NCBI GenBank assembly: GCA_000934665.2
Contig: JYFJ02000983.1
Span: forward strand, 1-64,000
Origin: Catajapyx aquilonaris
Taxonomy: Eukaryota
Direction: 5' to 3'
Length of the DNA stretch: 64,000 nucleotides
The number at the start of each line of letters is the position of its first letter. Within the stretch, counting starts at the first letter, position 1. The translations under genes and the position numbers were made by a program. Shown here one piece after another: positions 44,475 to 57,430 of this stretch. Below the pieces are notes generated by a model. The model saw nothing but the letters and a program-made list of their open reading frames with translations, ran no database searches and was not told the DNA's origin.

Positions 44475-47400
44475 GGATTCGCACAAGCCGAGACCTTACA
44501 CTGATATACGAGACACATTGCAATCATTAGTGACAGCAGGATACACAACATCAGTTACTAACAAGACAGAAAATTAACGTGACCATATATCAGAATGTAT
44601 GGCTGATTACTTGGCTAAGTGTTGTTGCACCGTTAATTAGTTCTGTTCTCCAGCTCACGTTACCACTTCTCATTTTGTTAAATGAGCACTCAGTGCCGTC
44701 GGTGTTCAAAGTGTGGCACATGCCTGCTTTGGAGGGCAACCACGTGAATTTTTTTGTTGGGGGCAATTACTCACAGGAACGTTGATGTCCAGGGAGTAAA
44801 AAATGTAAATAACTTACAGGAAATGGGTCTACATATCGCCGTAGGCCTGTTTTCTATTTGCATTATGAAGTTACCCAACTGCAGTTTAGGAACAAACCAC
44901 AGATAGGGAATTAAATATTATTTAATTTGTGTTGCTTTAAACCGTGTCCAATATTTGGCACTATTTGGTATCGTATAATAAGTTATTTTTAAGTTGTGGT
45001 ACAGTATACTTCCAAAATACCTCCAGCAACCGCTGCTTCAAACAGTAACGAACCGTAACAATTCCGATTGTGTAACACTCTGGCACGTATGCAATTTGAC
45101 GTGATGCGGTAAATCATGAGGTGAGAAATTTCTCGTTTAATGCACAAAGACGCGGACACACAGAGTGCTGCTACATACTGTTAGAATTATAAACCTGTAA
45201 AATCCGGAAAGTGTCTACTGATGAGTAGCGGTCAGCGAACGTGATAGCAATTGATAGGCTGTGCTAAAACATTTCTTATAGTCATATTCTCTGCTAACAG
45301 AGCATAAAGTGTCACTGCGTTTACTGTGTACAGCTGTGTACAGTTCCATGTATGAGATGATCTGGCAATTAGAAAAATAATGAGAATAAACAATCAGCAG
45401 TGTCATATTCATTTGCCATGATTGATGATCTTTAAACATGTTGCACAAACAATCCCAAATAATTAATAACCTCATAATGATATTGTTCTTACTAGAGCGT
45501 CTGTCAGCATATATTTGACCCAGACCCGTCACAAGCAGCCGTGCATGAAATATCATGGTGAGTGCAACTTACTTGTCACCCTTGGCTGGACATATACCGA
45601 GACATTTCAGAACCTTCTTTCCGCCCTTCTAATTAGAAGAGTGACAGTCAGGGTCAATGATTTCCTGGCCGCAGTTAGCTCTGTTTGCTGCCTGAGAACC
45701 GGTTGAAAAGGTAGGTGTGGAATGCACACTCTTCCGTCAATTGCACCTCTTAGCACGGCTATTATCACCACAACAGGGTTCGTCCTCCTTTATCGCGTGT
45801 GAAATCTCACCTTTTCCAACCAACATTTCTCTGCCTCAACACAATTACTTGCTTTGTATGCGCGTGTTACTGAATAATGTAGTGACACTACTTTGTTGAT
45901 GTCTGTACTAACTTGTTGGAAATTAAATATTAGCACTGTAATTACTGTAATTAATGAACATAAAGTGTATTACATGTAAAAAACACTCATATGTACATTT
46001 GGCATAATTATACAGGAATATCGCAATTGCAGATATATTTCCTGTAACATTACATTAATTTATATGCACGCTGGACAGAGCATGTGTCTGGGTATTAGAC
46101 ATGCGCTAAGAAGTGTAGATCTTGTGTTATGTAATAAGTGAATGGCCCATAAGTGGACGTTGCGGTCACCAAAGAACCGTCCCTTCAACTTAAAGGTAAC
46201 GGTTCGCCTGCGTTCCTTTCTGTCACGTAACCCTTCCGGGAAAAATTTATGCTACATTTCCACCTCTACTGTAAATCGAAAACAATTTTCACGTGTCCTG
46301 TCGGTTTATTCTAGACAAATTGCCACAAATAAAATTGCTTTATAGTATAGGAACTATACTACAATAGTACAATACAATGCTACTTATTAGTTATTTTGTG
46401 TAATTTGATATTTACAATAAAATGCACAGTAATTAAATACAGTACAGCTTCATGTAACGACTGGTTATTATAACAGGGTAATACAGTATTATTTTTAATT
46501 GCATTATGCATGCATCTAAAATGCTTTGCCCACTTTTTGCCAAGGAAAACATTTTTCAAAGCCATGATTAATAGTCGACGTTGTTTAATTTACATGCGTG
46601 ACTTTGAGGATAGTAAACTACCTACCAAGTCCAAGGTTCGCAACCGAAATTGTGTCATAAGAAGTAGGAGTGTAGGACAGTATAATTAGCGCGACTTTTT
46701 CCTGCTACCTACTGTGCATCGTTTAGTAATGATAGACCGTCGCTAATGATTGGCACTTAAGTGTGACTTTCATGTTTCTCCTGAGAATTAGGGTGTCCAA
46801 ATTATAGGAGAAACCTTTCAGGAGGGGGAATTGTGCTCCACCCTAATAACAAGATCAGAGTCCTACAAAAATTTTGGCACCAATAACACTACTCGATCAG
46901 CAATTATTCGATAAATAATGACACATATAAATATACACTCGACACACATTAAGGCGAAGTACAATTTCAATGACTTGCAATAATATTCTTTGGTAATGTC
47001 ACATCAGAATTGCTCTGATATAGTAAGTAACTCAAATGCGGCTCTCATTCGCAATTTATTGGTATAATTTAACAACTTGATAAAAATCAGACAAAAAAGG
47101 TTAAGAGATATTGCAATGCCAGTTTCTTTCACATATTGTTAGGATTGCATCAAAAAATGTTAAACCTAAATGCACCGGGGATTGAAATGAAGAGGACATG
47201 ACTTACCTAAGCTGCGGCCGGCAAGGATCTGCCTATCCTTCCCGAGGCAACCTTGAACTATTCGTTATGACCCAGTTGATATACACCGTTACCCTTCTTT
47301 CTTGCGTCTGTATTCTTCTTCTCCTTTTTTTCCCCCTCCCCCACCCCTTGTCCCCCCCACCCTTCGAAGACTTTGCCCACACCTCCTTTGGCCTACCTGG

Positions 47401-48678
47401 GGCCGGGCTCACCTTGCCATTGGGCATTCGTGTGGCCTCAGACTCTTGATGAGCATGCGCCGAGATACTCCCGGAAGTGTCCTCTCAGGAGAACAAATAA
47501 AAACAAAAATATAGTAGTGTAATCTTGTAATGTAACATGCTCATATGTGGTTCAGAATGTCATTAGAGTGGTTCAAAAACCCACTCAAAATATGCAGTGG
47601 GCCTAAGACAGACCGTTGAGCATGCAAATATATATGCTAAGTAGGCTCGGATGAAATAGTAGGTTAGCAGTACTCCTAAGTATGTGACATAAGGATTGCG
47701 TGTCACTGATGTGTACACAGAAGATGTATATCGTTCTACAGTAACTTATCGGGTGTATGCATTTTTTCTCATTTGGACATTGTGCTGTGCAAATATGACT
47801 CCATATAATTATATGATATATAATTATGATATCCAGTTGAATATGAAGGTGCAATTTATGTTGACATGTATTGCAGTGACATACATCATAAAAACATTGG
47901 TAATAATAAATATATGGTATATGCGTGATCCATCACACATAAAAGCAGTATGTTGGTCTATATTATAGTTATCTCTGTCAGTATATATAAGAATGCAAGT
48001 GTAATGAGTAGGCCTATACATATCGCAACTACATATAATTTTATCAGTCTACATGTGTGATGTTATAACAGTATCTGGCGCAGATAATGTAAGTAGGACG
48101 AAGAAGAACGACAATATGTCATTACCTCCGTAATGTGCGACTATACACACATCAGAATTTATAAGTGAGAAAAACGGTTGTGTGAACGTAGAATTAATCC
48201 CTAAGAAGTATGTAACCGTTTTTTGGTTCAAGCCACGGTCCGAGCACTTTATTGCATACCTGAAATAATCGCAGGCTACATTGAAAGAAAAAGCCCGTAT
48301 GTATCTGAAAGGGAAATTAATTTGTGGGGCACTGAAGTGAAATACATTAGGTAGAAAGACTGCTGTAATTTCTGTTTATTACGATAATATGTTCCGGATT
48401 ATTAAGGATGAAAATGGGTAGCGGAAATACCATGCAGCCAACCGCCATTAAACTTACTCGTGCAGTGTACGGAAGACAAGGTTTATTCAATCACTCTCTA
48501 ATTTATTTTACGTCACGTACAAGCAAAAAAAGGGCACAGTAATTTTTATAATATTTGTCATAGAGCATATTCGACTTTACGGTTCAGGATCTGCGCCCTC
48601 CGCAGCATTCACACTTCTCTGCAATAAAAGAATGCAAGAATGCAAGAATGTCTGTTATTAATGCACCAGAGAGTAATA

Positions 48679-50187
48679 TCATCTGCTACGAAGAATGCCT
48701 CCTATTTCATCATCCCGATTTAGAAGTTCTTCGTGCTCTGCCGTTTTATTCGGCCAAGCTACTCCTTCCTCTACAAAAATTCTGACAACATCTGCATATC
48801 CACTTTTGGCAGCCACAAACATCGGGGTGTCCCCATTATTATCTTCGGCATTGGGATCGGCTCCTGCTTGTAAAAGAATCGACACCAAGATGACTGATCC
48901 TACTTCAGCAGCCAGAAGCAACGGTGTAACATTCTGAAACGTCTTGGCATTGACATCCTCTCCTTTTCGCAGGATGATGGTGACAACATCCACATGTCCA
49001 TTGATTGTGGCCAGGTGTATCGCATGGTTACCATCCTTATCTGGAGCATCCAGCTGTCCCCCTCTGTCCAGAAGGAGGGCTACCGTATCGCTGTGTCCCT
49101 CACTGGCAGCGAAGTGAAGGGCAGTCCAGTTGTCGCATCCTGGTGTGTTCATCCTAGCCCCTCTGTCCAGCAGCAGGGTCACTATCTCCTCGTGACCTTT
49201 GGCAGAAGAGAGATGCAGGGCTCGGTTGCCATCTTTGTCTTCCGCCTCCAGATGGGCTCCTCGTTTCAAAAGGTGCGTGACGATCCCTAAGTGTCCCTCG
49301 CTGGCTGCATAGTGTAGGGGTGTCCAGCTGTATTCTCCAGGTTCATGCACCTTGGCTCCTTTGTCCAGAAGAAGCTTCACAACGTCTAGCTTACCACTGC
49401 TGGCTGCAATGTGGATAGGGTGTCCTCCATTTTTAGCTTTGGCGTCGATCTTGGAACCGCGTTCCAGAAGAAGAGCAACGATGTCGCGATGTCCGCTGAA
49501 TGAGGCGAAGTGGAGAGGAGTGAGGTTGTCCACTTCCAGGGCGTCCACGTCCGCGCCTTTGTCCAGTAAAAATCGGACCACCTGCATGTGCCCGTACATT
49601 GCTGCCATGTGCATGGGCTGGCATCCAAATTGGTCACGCATGGTCAGATTGGAGTTGTTGTGAAGACATTCTCGGACCAATTTCATGTCTCCTCTTGCTG
49701 CAGCCACGCAGATGTTAACCTGAGGGTGATGACAATGTCATCTCACATTACCATGTCATTGCTACGTGATATGCTACCACGTGCAGAACCTACCTCTTGC
49801 TTAAACAGTATTATTCATTGCCTAACTACCCCAGTTTGTAGCCTATCTCACTGATGGGAATGTCCCAAATCGCTCTTGAATCAAGGTCTTAACACTCGGG
49901 GATTCTGATATCCCCTCAAGCCAATCTCAAGTGCATCACAGTAATAATATATTACTGATGGGGCTTCCCACAGTAGGCCCTTTGGCTGTAATCATTTATT
50001 ATACCAGGGTTTCCTGATGAAGTCCGCTCTCAATATGCACTCTCAACGCTTCCAATTTGATGCCACTGACACGAACGTGTTGTTTAGTTGGCATGCACAA
50101 TACTGGGTTTTTATAATGAAGAAAGCTTACATGTTCAGCAGATGGACGTTTCCCTCCGCGCAGCAAATTCCGCAGTGAAAACGGCAT
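48679..50187 (-). CDS. Ankyrin-repeat protein (~10 repeats, ~365 aa)
   Basis: Exon 50187-50131 (MPFSLRNLLRGGKRPSAEH|gtaag) splices in phase 0 to 49719-48679. Repeated TPLHxAAxxGHxxIVxLLLxxGA units. Confidence 0.9.
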
Positions 50188-51221
50188 CCTGAAAGTGTAA
50201 AAACAAAATTTATTTCACATCTTATACACAACAGGGACTATTATGTTGTCTGCAGCAGCAAGAGACTCATCCTTGTAAAATTGGCAATGTAAATGTGCAA
50301 CATAATGACGGCAACCCTCAGAAATGCGCTATTATTTGACATTTTCGTTCATTCTTAATTAAAAACTAATTATACCTTTGAAAGATGATGATTGTGATCA
50401 ATGTGTCTATTTTTTATCCAGAATATATGCAGTGATCTAGAAAGAATTCTTAATGATGTGATAAAATTATACATTTAATAAGAGTTGATATTTATTCACA
50501 GTTTGGAAGTTTGAATCAATCACGTAATGCCTAACAAAACCTTACCTTTTCAGATATTGTCTTTGTCAAATTCAACCAATTTCTATAAATCCACCTGTGT
50601 GTCTCTGACTGAGCTCCGCTATCGTGTAACTGAATGAACTTCGAGACGTTATGCCAAGATTCAGTTATCTTATGTGCATTATCTCATTAAGGAGTCTTCT
50701 CCCACTACTGATTCCCNNCCCCCCCCCCCCCCCAAGAGAAGTCAGGGTGGGAGAAGTTAAATTAAATTTATGCTGTTTGCTTTTTTTTTATATGAGGTAT
50801 GCACTCTGGCATCAAAGATTCTCCAAATACATATTTACAATAGAACATACTGATCACCGTGTAGATCAGTAAAGGTTATCATTAAGGAGGCTGATATAGG
50901 TGCCATTGTATTACGCATTGCCGTTTATCTATTGCAAAAGACGTAGCCTACTGTGCATTAGAAAATAACGTAGTCTATGTGGCGTCGCCTTGAAAAATGG
51001 ACATAGATTCGGCACTTAAATTATGTGTAGCGCCTACAGACAATTTCCCAGTATAGGCCTATACATGAGAACTGGATCTTCTTATGCGAAAATTAAAGTG
51101 GGCATATTTTTTTATTTCCTTGGCAACTAGCTGTTTGTCAACACTTATAGCATTCCAATATTTGGTCCATTTGGAGTAGTTGAGAGTTCGATCACCGGTA
51201 TTCATTATTCTGGTAGTGACC

Positions 51222-51782
51222 ATGGTGAGCCAAGCATTTGAAGATTTGGTGCAATGTGCAAACTTCCTGACAACTGATTTTGTTGCAGATGAGACCAGAG
51301 GATGTTGACATAGATGCCACATTGGAACGTATCCAGTCGCACAAGGGTGTTTTGGGGGTTGTCATCATGAACTCAGAAGGTGCGTAATATTGTCAGGACA
51401 ACATCGAGGTGTAGTTGACAAACAATATGGGCTGTATATCTAACATTTCTGTCATTGGTATATTTCAAGGCGTTTCCATCAAGTCGACCTTCTCGGACGA
51501 CGTGACCGATTATTACGTGCGTCTGTGCAACGTCCTGTCCATATCAGCAAAGATGATCTTCAGGGAGATGGACCCACTGAGTCACCTCACATACCTGCGC
51601 GTACAGACCCAGAAAGACGAGGCTGTCATTATCAGAGGTACACTCTCGACAGCAAAATATGAATGATCCGACCTGATATTATATTTTGTTTCAAAAATCG
51701 GGCATGACTTAATGGAAATTTTATTTATTTATTTACAGACGAAGAATACGTTCTGATTGTGGTTCAGACCCCTCTTCGTTAA
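51222..51782 (+). CDS. Dynein light chain roadblock/LC7-family protein (divergent paralogue)
   Basis: ATG|gtgag at 51222-51224, then exons 51289-51379 (ATLERIQSHKGVLGVVIMNSEG), 51470-51637 (SIKST...EMDPLSHLTYLRVQT) and 51739-51782 (DEEYVLIVVQ). Confidence 0.88.
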
Positions 51783-52181
51783 GTATGATCCAGAAAAGTT
51801 GCAAGATATGAGACCTACGGTACCGTACTTGAATTGTTAATTAATTTTGCTAGCCTCCTATGTAAGTTGCCACTCGAGGAATTTAAAAAAATGGCTTTGC
51901 TACACATTGGGTAATTTTTTTTTAAAAAAAAGCATTGTTTTCAGCCAAAATAGCCAAAGTGTATAATCAGACGCGATTGGAGAGTAGCAGCGATATCAAG
52001 AGCTGCTAGTGAACCAACGCGACGTTATTTTTGAGGTCGCCATAACGCCATTCCGTCCATTGTTGTTCTTCTTGGCTTCTCTGTTCTTTCTTCGACTTTG
52101 GACCACTCGACCGTCGCTCGCCTGGGTGTCCCCGAAGCATAAGGGGGTCATCGCCACTGACCGCTGCTGCATTGGGCTCAG

Positions 52182-55100
52182 ATGGCTGGCAAGAGGAGGA
52201 AGGGGCCGGTGCAGGGCGAGGTGAGCATGCAGAGAGTGGTCAGCATGCTGCTGGAGAACAGGAAGCTGCTGGAGAGGAGCCTGGAGCAAGGGGAGAGGCT
52301 GGAGAGGAGGATGGCCGCCCTTGAGGAGCTGGTCATTAGGGAGGTCACGGCCAGAGCTTCTGCAGCGGAGGTGAGGGAACAGCAGGAGGACACGTCGCAG
52401 GGACGGCAGATGCGGAGGAGCAGCAGGAAGAGGCCAAGAGAGGACCAAGATAGGGAAGAAACAGGCAAAGAATCAGGTGTGAAGGTGTCTCTCCACTTAC
52501 ATAATTACATCACCTGCTGTAATATACAGGAAGACCCGGGTCAACGAATCAGGTTAGGTTCCTGGGAACGTTCGTAAGTCAGGTTTGGATCCCTGATGAA
52601 CAGCTCATAATTATATGGTAATAATATGAACTGCTGATGTCATGCAGGGTTGATTACATCCACGAAGGAAGTAATTTATGAATTAATAATTATACGGGGT
52701 GAAGGGAAACTGCAGACAATCGCCAGTTAGACTGCTAGTACTCGTAAAACTAATATAGAGATGTGCAATTAGTTTTGCGCTCCTGTGCATAGTTAATGCA
52801 TACGACCCTATCAAAGTTTTGTGACGTCACATCCGTTCTGCCAGCTATAAAGAAGCAAAGTCAGCTCGAGTGCCTCCGGTCCCTTAACACATCGTCCATG
52901 TGCATTAGATGATCAAATCCTGTCAGAGGAAGAATCCGGGTACAACACCCATGCACTTTGCCGTTTTCGCCTCATATTCCACCATCAGGCCCTCTACACT
53001 TTAAGTGCGCCATACGCATTAACTACACAATGGAGCCAAAAACTCATTGAACATCCCTATATTAGTTTGGCGAGTACTATAAGTCAACCAGGCAATTGTC
53101 TGCGAGTTTCCGTTCACCCTGCATAGCATTTACGTTGTACATGTAGTCGGTCAACATACTGTATGAAGAAGTGATGAAAGTGGAGATATAATTATAAATA
53201 ATTATCCTTACGGGGGAGAGCCTTGCGAGCCCATTCGTAAGTATGTCATAAGATCATACATCATGCATTGTTCATAAACCTGAGACTTCCTCAACATGTG
53301 TTTCAGAATCGAGCTCGTGTATACAATTGAAAAATTCGTAGGATTAGTCACCCTGGATTAGGTTTAAATCTCAAAATGCACAATGCAGCATTAATATCTG
53401 CCCCCTGAGGTACCAGAATGGTAATTTTAGTGGCTGAAATGGGCACATAAAGGTGGAGGAGAAGTGACCAACACTACACGGTGAGAAAAAACCAGGCAGT
53501 GGCTGCTTCGAATAATTATTACTTTCAGACCTTTCTTGCAAAGTTAAAGCCTGATACGTCACGCACAGCACTTTGATTGTCCAGCCAGCGAAAATTTGAT
53601 ACCTGTAGGGGGTTTAACAATTGAGAATTCTAGTAGGACCATAATGGGGAAGTAGCCTTCATTTTGGAAACTACATAATAAATTCGCCCATATTTTTTGG
53701 ATTTTTTTGGCATATTCCATTTTAAGATATCAGTTTCAGTTCCGGAGATATTGGCGTTTTTTCGTAGACAAATGGTGACGTCATTGTTTGCCTGTAAAAT
53801 ATTGACGTCACGCGAAGTGAAATGAACGCAAAAATGGTGTTATAGAACGCGCCCCGTCATTGTTGTAAAATGCTTCGCTGTTGTTAGCAACCATCCCATT
53901 CCGTGAGCAAGATAGCGGCCGGGGCGCGTATTTATTCCAGGCCGCTCAAGTCGCTCCTGTGCTGACAGTGGTGCCAACTGGTAGGAATTATCTGTCACCC
54001 GAATTCGGCACATGAAGGCCCCTTTTCTCCACCTCGATGGCCTACAGCTTTCTTGCGAATGCTTTCCGTCGTGTCCGCGGTTAATTCAAAGTCAAATTCC
54101 TCATATCTCGCAGTCAACCAGGCTTTTCAGTGTACCCTATCGATTGGCACCACCCGGGCCCCCGCGTTTTTCCCGCCAATTTTGAAGGCACTTTTAAATG
54201 TGCCGTAATTTATCCAGTAATGTCATTTTGATGCAACAAAGTGGTGGAATGTATGTTTACAGGCATGGGCTAGCTAGTTATGAACAAAAATCCCAAATCC
54301 CAGACCAAGGCTACTTCCCCATTCCTTCGGAGGGGAAGTAAAGCCGTCGGTCCCGTGTGCTTGTGACATTGCGCGCGCGCACGTTAAAGATCCCCAGAGT
54401 GGCCAAATTTCCAGGAGGAGGACCACCCCCTGGCGTCGGTGTTGAGCCTTAGAAGCAGAAATAGGCCGACGTTAAGCCCCACTGAAAGTAGGACCATAAG
54501 TGGTTTCTGGGCCATAGCAGCCTAGGACAACTCGTTCATGTCCCCATAAAGTAGGAACATAACTAGAAGCATTGGAAATGTGCTTCCACCTCACAAACAT
54601 TAGTGTCTTAAGCAGGTGCTGGTTGTAAGATGACCTCTGCTTGCTGTTCTGTTGTGTTACATTTGTGTCAAAGTTACAAGATTTTAGCATAGCAACAAAT
54701 GGAAAAGGTGGCCCCAGAGATATGTTCAGTAGAAAACAATTAATGAAACTCTTTCAGCACCTTACCACGAAGAGACACCCACAACATCACAACAAAGTGA
54801 AATACCTGAAGGCGTGGACACCTGTGCTCATCACTTGGAGGTGATTGTGAAAGAAGAACCCCTTGAAGATGGCCAAATTGACGAATCATCTCAGGAAATT
54901 GCAGGAGGATTGAAAATCACCAATGTTGTTTCAGCCTGGGCAGAACCGGCACAGTGTTCAGGACAGGTTTCACGAAGTGATGGGGATTCTCCAAGCTGCA
55001 GTAGTCAAACATCCATGGATGCTCAGTTGCAGGTGAGTCTAATACGCTATGACTAAGTGCAGGTATGGACACCAGAAATTGTGCTTGAGAGAAGAAGCAT

Positions 55101-56398
55101 TTGTGTTTGTTAAGATGGTATTATTGCACCAAGGTTTATTATTACCAAAAAGAGGGTTTACTTGTGCTGACATTACGTAAACTGCAGTTGATACCAAGCA
55201 TAGGGGAAATAGGGAGGAGTAGTTTACAGAGTTAGTGTGGCAACATGATGATTTTGTTAATTTGATTAAACCTGTGTGAAAGGCTGGTTAACTTTAATAA
55301 TATGTCGCGACATCATTGGTGGCTAGAGAGTGCAGTGGGCTCAGGATTTGCAAACCACCGAAGTGTGTGTCAGTAAGAAGGTAGGTTATATTCACTATTA
55401 ATAATGTTAATTTTTGTGTGCATAAGATAATCATTGTAGAAAAATAAACAGCTCTGCACCATAATGTGAAGAACATTAATTATGAAAAAACATTTAAGCT
55501 CTCACTTTTCTAACATTGAAACAAAAACGCAACTATTTTAAGTCAAATGTTAATTGAATTGTGGAGTAACAATGCTGTATTGACATACAGTAAAACTTCT
55601 CTTAAGTCGAAGTTCCCTAAGTCGAAGTTCTCTATAAGTCGAAGAAAATGATGAGCTTGGTTGGTCACAATGTAAAATAATAGGAAATAAACTTCCCTAA
55701 CTCGAATTTCTAACTCGAAGTTCTCCATAACTCAAAGTGAAGTGCAGGGCCTTATGATGGGATATCAATGCATTTCAGAAGTCGAAGTTCATGTTGCAAG
55801 TCCAGAAAATTTCTCATTTCCCAGCCGAATGGTCGAGAGTAGGCCACATGTACAGAAAGGCTCAATTTCCTGATCTCCGTCTACCAGACGTAGCCAAAGA
55901 AGTGTTTGACTCGATTGTGACAAATGAATCCTTGAGTCTAAGGGTAGGCAAATGTCCATGATGGAGATTTTTTCACAACAAAACAATGAGGAACATTGTA
56001 AGTGTGATAGTGATAGTTATTTTCAAGTTATGAACACCTTTGTCACTGGATATAAAGGTAGGTTTCCTTATAGAGTTATGTGCTTAAAAAATTGCGAACT
56101 TTTCTAACTCGAATCTTCTATAACTCGAAGTTTTTTCCCGGTCCCATGGAGATTTGACTTATAGAAGTTTTACTGTATGTTTTTAAACCTTTTAATCATA
56201 CGGTATGCAATGCTCAGATATATGGCCTGCTGCTTGAAATCTATTGTTTGTTTTTATCAGCAGGAATGGTCAAATGAAGTGGCAGGCAAGTTGGATGCTG
56301 GGGAAGGTGAGAGCAATCCTTCTGCCAACTTTGATGCTTATAGCATCTGCAGTGCAGCAATTGCTGAGGGCAGTGTGTCTGGCAACACATTGAATAAG
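52182..56398 (+). CDS. Common N-terminal exons (236 aa) of a putative transcription-factor-like gene: coiled coil, basic patch and acidic linker with VKEEP
   Basis: Exons 52182-52476 (phase 1), 54758-55032 (phase 0) and 56261-56398 (phase 0, NAGNAG acceptor) all have canonical splice sites and stay open. The last ends at a strong aag|gtaaga donor with no stop. Confidence 0.7.
52695..53121. mobile_element. Tc1/mariner-type MITE with long imperfect TIRs
   Basis: cggggtgaagggaaactgcagacaat / attgtctgcgagtttccgttcaccctg; inverted similarity extends ~110 bp. Confidence 0.75.
53645..54321. mobile_element. Non-autonomous TIR element of uncertain superfamily
   Basis: Perfect TIR TGGGGAAGTAGCCTT / AAGGCTACTTCCCCA. 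Confidence 0.7.
54324..54486 (+). mobile_element. 5'-truncated SINE body (Meta/MESC-like core)
   Basis: ccttcggaggggaagtaaagccgtcggtccc...gcacgttaaagatccc...gacgttaagcccca resembles the conserved invertebrate SINE core and tail (recalled from memory, not searched). Confidence 0.55.
55588..56175. mobile_element. pogo/Tigger-like MITE
   Basis: TA|CAGTAAAACTTCT...AAGTC and GACTTATAGAAGTTTTACTG|TA, with subterminal taagtcgaag/taactcgaa repeats. Confidence 0.85.
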
Positions 56399-56644
56399 GT
56401 AAGATTTATGTGACAATATGAGTTGATTGTGACATAACCCTAATTGGAGAGGTGTCACAGCAGTGATAAAAATTTCTGTTGTCAACACCCTACTGTTTTT
56501 CCATAAGTTATTGCTGTTTTTCGGTAGATTTTTCACTTTTCTAACAGTAAATAAAACTGCAGTATCGCTTTGCAAAAACTTGCATCAATATAAATATAAA
56601 AATTGTAATGCTGGGAAGGTTTTTTATTTTAAATATACAAGTTA

Positions 56645-57119
56645 GAGTGAAACCTGTGTAGGTGGAATACCAAGGGACCTTAAAAATTTTCCATTGTGGA
56701 CAAGTTTTCGCTATATTTGACTTGGTATTTACTGCTGTCCATATGCCAGTTTTCAGGGAAATTCCACAATGGACAGGTTTCACTCTACAAAAAAAAATCT
56801 TGCAAAAAAGACTTGACCTTGGCCTCTCAAGTTTGGCATAAGTGGCTTCTCGAACTCTCTTCAACATTTCCTATCCAATTTTTTACTCAACCGAGTTATT
56901 TTTAGCCCTAAATTTTCTACGTTACAATAAATTGCTAGTTGGAAGTGGGGCGTGGGGGAGGTGGGAGGGAATAGAGAGAAGGGTGAAGTTCTGCTCATTG
57001 TTCTATACTGAATTTTATTGAATTCCTGGCAGAGGATTTCCAAAGTATTTCAGTTGGATATAATCAAAATTGCTCAGTATTAAACAAAATTGGTGAACCA
57101 CTATAGGCAGGTTTCTCTG
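56645..57119. mobile_element. Degenerate pogo-like MITE
   Basis: gagtgaaacctgtgtaggtgg at left versus ccactataggcaggtttctctg at right. Confidence 0.45.
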
Positions 57120-57430
57120 CAGCTCTAAAATTTGATAACAATTGATAGATTATTATTATTATTATTATCATTATGCTGGTCTTTTGTCACATTAATTTAT
57201 TCCCTATGATATAAAGAGCACCTTAGGGATCCGACAGTGAATACTTAGTCTTTCCTCTTTGAAGCACTGACAAGTGAGTACTGGATGTTTACAGATATGT
57301 ATTTTCAAGGCATGATGGTGACATCATGAATTACTTACTCTCAGTGATCGAGAGGGGCATTTGAAATTTTTTTTTGTTACTTATAACATTAATCCTTCTA
57401 AAGTTACATGGTGTGTTGTATTACATAATG

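Noticed and set aside
48679..49719. Possible endosymbiont (Wolbachia-like) origin of the nearly single-exon ankyrin gene
   Set aside because: It has spliceosomal introns, host-like GC content and no neighbouring bacterial genes; nothing in the sequence supports transfer.
55600..56130. Repeated taagtcgaag/taactcgaa units as a CRISPR-like array
   Set aside because: They are irregular subterminal repeats of a pogo-like MITE in eukaryotic DNA, with no spacers or cas genes.
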